Assembly (NCBI RefSeq): GCF_000010625.1
Contig: NC_010296.1
Location: 3,150,001-3,182,000 of the forward strand
Direction of reading: 5' to 3'
Length of the DNA stretch: 32,000 nucleotides
From: Microcystis aeruginosa NIES-843
Lineage (GTDB): Bacteria; Cyanobacteriota; Cyanobacteriia; Cyanobacteriales; Microcystaceae
Below the pieces are notes generated by a model, which saw only the letters and a program-made list of their open reading frames with translations, did no database searches and had not been told where the DNA came from. The first letter of the stretch is position 1; every line of letters starts with the position of its first letter. The position numbers and the translations under genes are program-made. Positions 17,759-24,864 of this stretch are shown piece by piece.

Positions 17759-18027
17759 AACATTCCCCTCCATTTCAGCAATATGGATTTGTTTTTGCCT
17801 AGTAGTGTTTCGGCTCCTCATGTCAGGAATCCCTAACATTATTAGCTTGACTCAATCTACCCTCATGGGCTACTATGCGGGGATGATAATGATGAGTAAA
17901 GAGCCAGCACCCGCAAGGGTACTGGCCCTCTCCTAGCTTCGCATCATCGGGATTAACCCTCTCAATTAGCCCACCAGGAGACTTAAAAACCTTAGTGTGG
18001 ACTTAAGAAGCCAGGAGGTCAATCAAT

Positions 18028-18177
18028 ATGAAGAACTTACTCACTGTCATGCTCCTAAGCTCCCTTGCTTACGGCGTAGCTGTCGGGAAGATTCATCCCT
18101 ATGACTACGTTTTTATCTACACCATCAACGAACTAGCAAAACGTCAGGGTGGAGATAATCAAGACGGGAAGCGATAG
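18028..18177 (+). CDS. small ORF (49 aa) with N-terminal hydrophobic helix
   Basis: Below the track cutoff. AGGAGG at 18013-18018 lies 9 nt before ATG 18028. Sequence: MKNLLTVMLLSSLAYGVAVGKIHPYDYVFIYTINELAKRQGGDNQDGKR. It competes with the antisense ORF 18133-18285. Confidence 0.3.
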   Translation: MKNLLTVMLLSSLAYGVAVGKIHPYDYVFIYTINELAKRQGGDNQDGKR

Positions 18178-18285
18178 GTAGAGCCAAGAACGTTTACCTA
18201 ATTCAAGCTGGGCAGTGCGGCAACACTCGACCAGCTTTTTTGTACTGTTTTTTACTATCGCTCTATCTTCCTTAATTGTATCCAT
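18133..18285 (-). CDS. alternative small ORF (50 aa) with C-terminal hydrophobic helix
   Basis: MDTIKEDRAIVKNSTKKLVECCRTAQLELGKRSWLYLSLPVLIISTLTFC. No SD. Divergent from the 18600 gene across the iteron-like array. Overlaps ORF 18028-18177 antisense, so at most one of the two is probably real. Confidence 0.2.
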   Translation of the reverse strand: MDTIKEDRAIVKNSTKKLVECCRTAQLELGKRSWLYLSLPVLIISTLTFC

Positions 18286-18298
18286 AATATAATCACTT

Positions 18299-18587
18299 AC
18301 TGTAAGAATCTCAACCAACAATTATTGCAAAGTTAAACCAACAATTATTGGAGTTAAACCAACAATTGTTGCTATCATTAAACAATAATTGTTGGTACTC
18401 CATTTCAAAATATGCTAACTAGCCCATCAATATATGATGCCCAAAAGCTGGCAAGAAACTGTGGTTTGGATATTTCCAAGCACTGTAAGAATCTCAACCA
18501 ACAAATATTGCAAAGTTAAACCAACAATTGTTGCTATCATTAAACAATAATTGTTGGTACTCCATTTCAAAATATGCGAACTAGCTC
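18299..18587. repeat. tandemly duplicated block carrying seven iteron-like AACCAACAAT(T/A)(A/G)TTG sites
   Basis: Direct sites at 18313-18327, 18336-18350, 18357-18371, 18496-18510 and 18519-18533. Inverted sites at 18383-18396 and 18545-18558. The block ACTGTAAGAATCTC...CCATTTCAAAATATGC.AACTAGC occurs twice, starting at 18299 and 18482. CAACAATTGTTG is a perfect 12-bp palindrome. Confidence 0.85.
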
Positions 18588-18599
18588 GAAAGTACAGCC

Positions 18600-19190
18600 A
18601 TGAAGACGCTCTCGTCAATGCCCCAAAACCTATCCGATGCCGAAAGGCAAGCAAGCAACTGTGGTTTGGATATACCCAAGCTACAAGCTTTGTTGGAAGA
18701 AATCGAACCCCCATCTGAAAAATACAAAATGCCCCCGTCACTATGCGATGCCCAAAAGCAGGCAAGAAACTGTGGTTTGGATATACCCAAGCTACAAGCT
18801 TTGTTGGCAGAAATCGAACTCCTATCTGAAAAATACAAAATTATTTTCTATCTGGCGGCTACAGGACTTTATTCCGCCGATGATTTGGCTGAAATGTTCA
18901 ATCATAGCCAAAAAAATCTAAACGCGGATTTCAACAAAAACCTAGGATCCCATCTTAAGGATTACCTTGAGTTAGATGAGCGGGTGGGAATTACTTCTTT
19001 AAGAAGAGTTCTCTTTAAAAAAGGCTATTTTGTTGACATTAATGACGATGAATCAGTGAGAGTTTTGCCAACACGCTACGCTGAAAATTCTCAAACAGAG
19101 CTTAATGACGATGAATCAGTGAGAGTTTTGCCAACACGCTACGCTGAAAATTCTCAAACAGAGCAGTCTTTTACTGTCAGACAAAATTAG
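18600..19190 (+). CDS. repeat-containing protein with putative HTH-like middle segment (196 aa)
   Basis: Two 37-aa N-terminal repeats (DA[EQ][RK]QA[SR]NCGLDIPKLQALL.EIE..SEKYK). The middle segment IIFYLAATGLYSADDLAEMFNHSQKNLNADFNKNLGSHLKDYL resembles the HTH-like module of the STAND fragment at 1-480. The C-terminus has a perfect 21-aa duplication. Confidence 0.6.
   Translation: MKTLSSMPQNLSDAERQASNCGLDIPKLQALLEEIEPPSEKYKMPPSLCDAQKQARNCGLDIPKLQALLAEIELLSEKYKIIFYLAATGLYSADDLAEMFNHSQKNLNADFNKNLGSHLKDYLELDERVGITSLRRVLFKKGYFVDINDDESVRVLPTRYAENSQTELNDDESVRVLPTRYAENSQTEQSFTVRQN
19039..19164 (+). repeat. perfect 63-bp tandem duplication inside CDS 18600-19190
   Basis: ttaatgacgatgaatcagtgagagttttgccaacacgctacgctgaaaattctcaaacagagc x2, with no mismatch. 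Encodes (I/L)NDDESVRVLPTRYAENSQTE twice. Confidence 0.95.
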
Positions 19191-19792
19191 TGCGGATGAG
19201 AAGACCACCAATCAAGGAGATTGATTTAAAAATGGAAAACACCATTATTAATGGGTTGTTAGCTCAACTAGACAATGAACAGAATAGCGATCGCCGTGCT
19301 GAAATCATAAGGAAATTGGGAGAATATCCTGAGCCTCAAGTTATTAAAAAACTTTGGGATTTGAGAAATAATCTCGAAAGCGAATCTGATGATTTTGTGC
19401 AGTACGAAATCAAGCTTAGTTTGCGTAAGGTAACTAATCATCCTAGTATAAATATTAATTTTTTTCTTGATAACTTAGGAGTATTCCAATCAAAAGACAA
19501 CAATTCTCAAGCTCCAAAAGTCTTAATTGACGCTGATCTGATTGAAGAGTTTTTATTACGAAATCAGACGACTCTTAACAGGGAAGCTGCTAGGGTTATG
19601 GGACTTGTTTTAGAGGGAAAAATTAATCCTTACATCGGCGAAATGGGATTAATACAAATTTGGCATAGTATGAAAAATCTTAGGCTCTTCGGTAATTGTT
19701 ATGCAATGGACGGGGGTTATAAGGGATGGAACCCTTATATAGAAAGGCATTTAGCGATTTTTGTCAATTGTTTTTTATCTAGAGCGAACTAA
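19190..19792 (+). CDS. 5' part of a MITE-split gene: HEAT-repeat-like N-terminal region; last 37 codons and stop are MITE-derived
   Basis: LLAQLDNEQNSDRRAEIIRKLGEYPEPQVIKKLWDL resembles a PBS-lyase/HEAT-like repeat. Likely start is ATG 19196 or 19232. The reading frame enters the MITE at 19683 and terminates inside it. Confidence 0.6.
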   Translation: MRMRRPPIKEIDLKMENTIINGLLAQLDNEQNSDRRAEIIRKLGEYPEPQVIKKLWDLRNNLESESDDFVQYEIKLSLRKVTNHPSININFFLDNLGVFQSKDNNSQAPKVLIDADLIEEFLLRNQTTLNREAARVMGLVLEGKINPYIGEMGLIQIWHSMKNLRLFGNCYAMDGGYKGWNPYIERHLAIFVNCFLSRAN

Positions 19793-19870
19793 TCGAATTA
19801 AGTCTCTTGCCAGATAAGGATTTAGTCGATTTATGCCCCCCTATCGAACCATACCAAGTAACGAAGAACC
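19683..19870. mobile_element. MITE, copy 2 of the 187-188 bp family, inserted inside a coding sequence
   Basis: Same TIRs as copy 1 (GGCTCTTCGGT and ACGAAGAACC). A perfect 8-bp target-site duplication AAATCTTA lies at 19675-19682 and 19871-19878. Confidence 0.85.
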
Positions 19871-21542
19871 AAATCTTAAATCTCAAGAATATGCCAATCG
19901 TTCGATCATTGAACTTCTGAGCAAGATTAACGTCGGCCAAGTTAACTTGAAAGAAATCGACCTAGAAAAATATCCCAACGTTAATTTAACAACGGCAATT
20001 CAAGTTGAGATTGCCAGAAAGTATAGCCTAGCAGGTATTATCACCATCAGAGATCGAGAATTCATTGCCAGTGGGTATCCTTTTGTGGGTTCTCCTTCCT
20101 TATTCTCACAGTTTTTAGGGAAAGATACCTCGCCAGCTTCTATCGAAAGAACTCTCAAAAATCTCGGTAAAGCTGCCATGGAACATGAAAAAGTAAAACT
20201 CAATCAGCTTTTAGAAAACGAGCCTCAACAAAACTTATTCTTTGAAGATAATCTTTTGCTTTTTCAAGGCTGGAAAATTGAGAACTTTGAAATTCTTTGT
20301 GCCAATAACAATTTAACTTCCGCGACAGTTATCCTATGTAATACAAAAACCCAAGAGCGTTACACTGAATCAGCCTTTAAAAAAGGTTCAGTAGATGCAC
20401 TTTGTACTGCTTTTAATGAGGCTCTAGCTCATTTAGTTGAGGTTAAACATATCCTTAAATCTGTCTATTTGGCCAACTTAAAAGAAGGTCAACAAGGAGA
20501 CGTAACTGTCAAGGTGGTGGTCGAGTATGATGGTAAAAAAGTGATTACCATCCACACCCACGAAAATATTCTCAAGGCTTATTTTTTCGCCTACGTCAAA
20601 GCGATGATTGCCGTTTATGCACCCGATGAATATCACCCCGATATTCATAGCACGAAAGAATTGAAATATTTGTACAAAATTGGCGAACGAGATTTTTGGG
20701 GACTGAATTTCAGCCAAGTCAATTTAATGGATACCCCAGGCAATCTTTCCGATGCAAAATTGATGGGATGTAACTTCAGTCAGGCTAATCTTTCGATGGT
20801 TAATTTAACTAATGCTGATTTAACAGGAGCCGATTTAAGTCATGCCAATTTGAGCAAAGCTGATTTAACAGGAGCCGATTTAAGTCATGCCAATTTGAGT
20901 AAAGCTAATCTAACGGGAGCTAACTTGACCGATGTTAAATTAGATGAAAATAATCTAACCATCCTTGATGGCACAATTTTGACTAACACAATTATGCCTG
21001 AAATTAACATTGAAATTAGCGGCGAATCTCGTTTAGAAAAGGTTGCTCAACTACTCAAACACATTGATCCTCAAAGTCAATCTCGAATCTTGGCTATTCA
21101 CTCCATGACAGATTGCATCTGGTGGGATAATCCTCTTGGTCAAAAATTCTGGGAAGTTAACGAAGAACTAATCAAAAGAGGGATTTCTATTCAACGAGTT
21201 TTTATTCTTCCTGAAGTTCCGACTCCAAAGCATTTACAGGTGATTCAGGAACAACTTAACTCTGGCATAGAAGTTGCTTGGATTTGTCAGGAAAAAGCCA
21301 AAGATGTTGAAGGCTATCGTTGGGATGATACCAACCTATTAATTAGCGAAAACTTATCTGTTCCCAGAAATTCTTTTACAGCGAGAAGAACTATGAATGG
21401 TCAAACAGAATCAGGTTATATTTCCTATCAAACAAGAGTTGTCGAGACAGATAAAAGTATCTTTAACGCTCTATGGGAAAAATCCGAAAAACTCTCTACT
21501 CAAGCTAATATTCAGGAACAATTAGCAAACCTGAATACCTGA
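19833..21542 (+). CDS. 3' part of the MITE-split gene: unknown domain, LeuA-dimer-like segment (tentative), pentapeptide repeats, unknown C-terminal domain
   Basis: The first 13 codons (MPPYRTIPSNEEP) are MITE sequence. Pentapeptide repeats are clear (NFSQANLSMVNLTNADLTGADLSHANLSKADLTGADLSHANLSKANLTGANLTDVKL). KKGSVDALCTAFNEAL...VTVKVVVEYDGKKVITIHTHENILKAYFFAYVKAMIAV resembles the LeuA allosteric/dimerisation domain pattern, with low certainty. Confidence 0.7.
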   Translation: MPPYRTIPSNEEPNLKSQEYANRSIIELLSKINVGQVNLKEIDLEKYPNVNLTTAIQVEIARKYSLAGIITIRDREFIASGYPFVGSPSLFSQFLGKDTSPASIERTLKNLGKAAMEHEKVKLNQLLENEPQQNLFFEDNLLLFQGWKIENFEILCANNNLTSATVILCNTKTQERYTESAFKKGSVDALCTAFNEALAHLVEVKHILKSVYLANLKEGQQGDVTVKVVVEYDGKKVITIHTHENILKAYFFAYVKAMIAVYAPDEYHPDIHSTKELKYLYKIGERDFWGLNFSQVNLMDTPGNLSDAKLMGCNFSQANLSMVNLTNADLTGADLSHANLSKADLTGADLSHANLSKANLTGANLTDVKLDENNLTILDGTILTNTIMPEINIEISGESRLEKVAQLLKHIDPQSQSRILAIHSMTDCIWWDNPLGQKFWEVNEELIKRGISIQRVFILPEVPTPKHLQVIQEQLNSGIEVAWICQEKAKDVEGYRWDDTNLLISENLSVPRNSFTARRTMNGQTESGYISYQTRVVETDKSIFNALWEKSEKLSTQANIQEQLANLNT

Positions 21543-21582
21543 CTTTCTTTCCATCTTTAACTTTTCAGGTTTACCAATTCCT

Positions 21583-21707
21583 TAAAAAGGATGCCGTTGA
21601 ACTTTCTGAATCAGCCTAATGATTTTTAAAGTCTGCTTGCGGTCATCCTCAACCCACCAAGCCAAATCTTCAAAAGCCAACCGATCAAATTCCAAGCTTT
21701 TAGCCAT
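21583..21707 (-). pseudogene. YoeB/Txe-family toxin remnant (frameshifted and 3'-truncated)
   Basis: ATG 21707-21705 gives MAKSLEFDRLAFEDLA. After a 1-nt frame slip, WWVEDDRKQTLKIIRLIQKVQRHPF-stop follows. The combined sequence parallels the E. coli YoeB N-terminus (LIWSEESWDDYLYWQETDKRIVKKINELIKDTRRTPF) and stops where YoeB continues EGKGKPEPL. Confidence 0.55.
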
Positions 21708-21889
21708 TTTTATCGGATAAATATTGAAGACTGGCTTGGTTCATTTTTCCCGAATTTTATTGTTTTATTAACTGATGATCACAAGGCGATCGCCGTTCTA
21801 ATTCTATTTTGATAAAAAGCGATCGCTTCCCCACAATCCCTAAAAAATAACCATAAAATTAATTAATAAGTGGGTAGGCGTTAAAAATT

Positions 21890-21975
21890 ATCAGATGCCC
21901 CCTTATTAAGGGGGATCCCCCCGCCTATCGGCACCCCCCTTATCAAGGGGGGCAGGGGGGATCGAACCTAAAATC
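21890..21975. repeat. GC-rich double-hairpin dispersed repeat in an AT-rich inverted flank
   Basis: CCCCCTT-att-AAGGGGG and CCCCCCTT-atc-AAGGGGGG hairpins, then CAGGGGGGATC. I recognise this sequence type as a common dispersed cyanobacterial repeat. Confidence 0.6.
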
Positions 21976-22027
21976 CATTATTAATTTAATTATAACCAGC
22001 CACTTAGAATATCGGAGAAAGACAAAG

Positions 22028-22639
22028 ATGATTATCGCTCAAGAAAAACCAACTATTGCGACAGTCACCAAAACCCCTGTCACTTTGGAAGCATATCGGG
22101 CGATCGCTGAAACTTCTCAGGAACGTTATGAATATTGCCATGGAGAAATGATTCTTATGCCTGGAGGAACCGCAACCCACAGCGCAATCGCGATCAATAT
22201 CTCGGTTTTTTTGGGATTTTTATTGAGAGATAGGGATTTTCGTCTCTATAACAGCGATCTGCGGGTGTGGATTCCTGAATATCATTGTGGAACCTATACC
22301 GATCTCATGGTTGTTAACCATGAACCGGAATTTAACGGCGATCGCAAAGACGAAATTCTTAATCCTTTATTTATTGTAGAGGTGCTTTCCCCCGCCACGG
22401 AAGCAGATGATCGAGGTGATAAATTTAGAAAATATCGTTCCCTGCCAAGTTTTTGTGAATACCTGCTCGTTAGCCAAACTGAACCCTACATTGAGCAATA
22501 TTTTAGACTCGCACAGAGCGATCGCTGGCAATTGCAAACCTACGATCAACTTAGTCAAATAATCCCTCTGGAGAGTTTAAACGTTGAACTTCCCTTGCTA
22601 GAAATTTATCGTCGTGTTAGTTTTGCCGCAGCCTCATAA
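22028..22639 (+). CDS. Uma2-family (DUF820) putative endonuclease
   Basis: YEYCHGEMILMPGG...HSAI...DLRVWIP...DLMVV...PLFIVEVLSPATEADDRGDKFRKYRSLPSFCEYLLV is the classic Uma2 pattern. Confidence 0.85.
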   Translation: MIIAQEKPTIATVTKTPVTLEAYRAIAETSQERYEYCHGEMILMPGGTATHSAIAINISVFLGFLLRDRDFRLYNSDLRVWIPEYHCGTYTDLMVVNHEPEFNGDRKDEILNPLFIVEVLSPATEADDRGDKFRKYRSLPSFCEYLLVSQTEPYIEQYFRLAQSDRWQLQTYDQLSQIIPLESLNVELPLLEIYRRVSFAAAS

Positions 22640-22756
22640 ATCCCTTAATCCGATTAATAACCTTTCTATTTTGTTTACATAAAAAGCGATCGCCCCACAG
22701 TTTAAACTCAAAAAACCGCCATCGACAAAGAAGCGGCGAGTAGTAGTTCATTAGAA

Positions 22757-23011
22757 CTACTCTGGATAGTTAGGCAGAGAATGATATTGAAAAATGCCAA
22801 ATATACTGCCGACACTGCCGACACTTAGAATACTGCCAACACTGCCAATACTGAGAATACTGCCGACACTGCCAATACTGAGCATACTGCCGATACTAAC
22901 CAGACTTAAAATGCTGCTGGCACTAGCGAGACTTAAAATACTGCCGGCACTGCCTAAACTCAAGATACAGCGATAACTAGCTTTGCTCAGATAATTAAGA
23001 CCAGAAATCAT
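22757..23011 (-). CDS. Gly/Ser/Ile/Leu-rich 9-residue-repeat peptide (84 aa), translationally coupled to the upstream RCK/channel gene
   Basis: ATG 23011-23009 overlaps the TGA 23010-23008 of the upstream gene (ATGA). The sequence encodes about seven degenerate 27-bp units (22802-22990) giving ...SLGSAGSILSLASASSILSLVSIGSMLSIGSVGSILSIGSVGSILSVGSVGSIFGIF. The opposite strand is also open across the repeat, so coding is not certain. Confidence 0.4.
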   Translation of the reverse strand: MISGLNYLSKASYRCILSLGSAGSILSLASASSILSLVSIGSMLSIGSVGSILSIGSVGSILSVGSVGSIFGIFQYHSLPNYPE

Positions 23012-24714
23012 TTTAAATCGGGGAAAGATTGGGGAATAGTTAGGGAAGTATTTTGCCAAACCTGTTGTAAACGCATAGCCGGCATAGTTAGATAAAGAAT
23101 ATCACCTTGATCGAGAGTGATTTCCAGTAATTGCCAACCGTGGATAGTTTGACCCTGTTTTTCTAGGTAAAGTGGCACAAAATCGGCATTCATCGCCGCT
23201 TCCTTGACAATTTGCCCCATAAAAGGATGATTAGGTGTGATTAATGTAGCCAAAGCAACCCAGAGGAGATCATCGGTCATGCCATTACCGAGAATTCTAC
23301 CGCCCAAAGCGGCCGCAGCGAAGGAATAGGTAGCTAGATCCCGGGGACATAATACCGTATCAAAATCAAAAACCTCTTGAATCGATCGCCCGAATTGTTC
23401 CTGAGAGCAGCGTAAAACTAGATTAATTTTAGGAGCGATCGCTTTAGCAGTGAGGGCAATCTCCACATTAATCATATCCTCGTAAGTAACCACGATCAAA
23501 GATTCGGCGTTGTTAATATTAGCGGTTTCTAGGGTAGCCACTAGACGCGCATCCTCGATGATAACGGGGATTCCCCAGGAGCGCACGGAATGCAAAAATC
23601 GATTATTGGGGTCCGATTCGATCACCACCACTTCACAGCCTTGGTCGTGCAATTGTCGCACGATCCGGGTGCCGATACCTCCTAAACCACAGATAATGTG
23701 ATGATTGCGGACGGGAATGCGGGTAGCATCCCAAAACTGCTTAAAGCGACTACCGAGAATAAAATCGTTGAGGAGAGCATAACAGATACCGATAACCCCC
23801 GCACCGACAATCATCATGACCACGGTAAAAATTTTGATACTATCGGGGGTAGATTCGGCCACTTTTTCGTTACCTCCGGCACCGGTAATCATCCCGACGG
23901 AAAAATAGAGGGAATCGACGAGGGAAATTTTTTGATTAACGCTGAGATAGGTAACGGTAGCAAGGGAAATCATCCCCAAGAGGGAAAGGGTGACAAGAAT
24001 TACCGGTTGGACATAGTGCTGATAGGGACGGAGATTGAGTAGATTTCTCAGCCACTTTTGCAGTTTAAAACGCTGTTTTGCCTTAATTGTCGGTTTATTG
24101 CCGATAATCAGATGATCGCCAGTTTGGAGTTTTTTGCCCGAAAGAACTGCGGAAACCAGATCAATTTCGTCGTGAGCCGGGAGATAATAGATTAACATCC
24201 GGGCCGGATCGTCCCAAAGCTCGTAGAGGGGTAATCCCCACCAAGGATGATTTTCCTCGATAATTATCTCTTGAATTGGCCAAAGGCGATCGAATAGCTG
24301 TAATTGACCGATAGCTTTATTACCAAGGGCAGCAAAGGAAAAGATCGGAGCCGCTAGGGAAGCAACGCTCATGCTAACGTGAGCAGGGAGGGTTTGATCG
24401 AGTCTTTCTCCTAAAGTTTCGTTAAATAGTCGGTTAACTATCCGAATTTTCGGGTTAATTATCCTTGCACGGGTGAGAATTTCCAGATTGAGTGCGTCGT
24501 TATCGATGGCCAAAACTAGGGTTTCTGCATCCGGGAGACCAGCTTGCAGGAGAGTTTTAGGAGAGCAGGGATCGCCGATAATAATATCAGACTGGTATTC
24601 GCAGACCATTTGGCGATCGCTAATCGCCACTACTGCCGCAGATTGTTGTTTGAGTAAACAAAAGATTTTATAACCCGTGCGACCTAATCCACAGACGATG
24701 ATTTGCGGTTTCAT
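23008..24714 (-). CDS. ion-channel protein with two RCK/TrkA-N NAD-binding domains
   Basis: Two Rossmann GxGxxG motifs (VCGLGRTGYKI, ICGLGGIGTRIV) flank a membrane segment with a pore-like stretch (LYFSVGMITGAGGNE). 568 aa. Confidence 0.8.
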   Translation of the reverse strand: MKPQIIVCGLGRTGYKIFCLLKQQSAAVVAISDRQMVCEYQSDIIIGDPCSPKTLLQAGLPDAETLVLAIDNDALNLEILTRARIINPKIRIVNRLFNETLGERLDQTLPAHVSMSVASLAAPIFSFAALGNKAIGQLQLFDRLWPIQEIIIEENHPWWGLPLYELWDDPARMLIYYLPAHDEIDLVSAVLSGKKLQTGDHLIIGNKPTIKAKQRFKLQKWLRNLLNLRPYQHYVQPVILVTLSLLGMISLATVTYLSVNQKISLVDSLYFSVGMITGAGGNEKVAESTPDSIKIFTVVMMIVGAGVIGICYALLNDFILGSRFKQFWDATRIPVRNHHIICGLGGIGTRIVRQLHDQGCEVVVIESDPNNRFLHSVRSWGIPVIIEDARLVATLETANINNAESLIVVTYEDMINVEIALTAKAIAPKINLVLRCSQEQFGRSIQEVFDFDTVLCPRDLATYSFAAAALGGRILGNGMTDDLLWVALATLITPNHPFMGQIVKEAAMNADFVPLYLEKQGQTIHGWQLLEITLDQGDILYLTMPAMRLQQVWQNTSLTIPQSFPDLK

Positions 24715-24864
24715 TCGTCGAGCGCGTTTTTTGCTGATTAACCTTTCAGTTCTAGCGCAAAAACTAGGAAAAATCTGTAACTAAAGCTGCAATGCTGCCA
24801 ATTTTCCTAATCAGGCTTTGAAGATGATAAAATAACCCTCATCATTGATTTAATCACCTAAGCC

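Noticed and set aside
18427-18921. Track ORFs 18427-18765 (-), 18581-18838 (-) and 18637-18921 (+).
   Set aside because: They are alternative frames through the duplicated iteron region and N-terminal-repeat region. They owe their length to the repeats and overlap the better-supported 18600-19190 frame.
22794-22976. Plus-strand ORF across the 27-bp repeat (MPNILPTLPTLRILPTLPILRI...).
   Set aside because: It is the same DNA repeat read on the other strand. The minus-strand frame is preferred because of its ATGA overlap with the upstream channel gene. Neither frame is proven.
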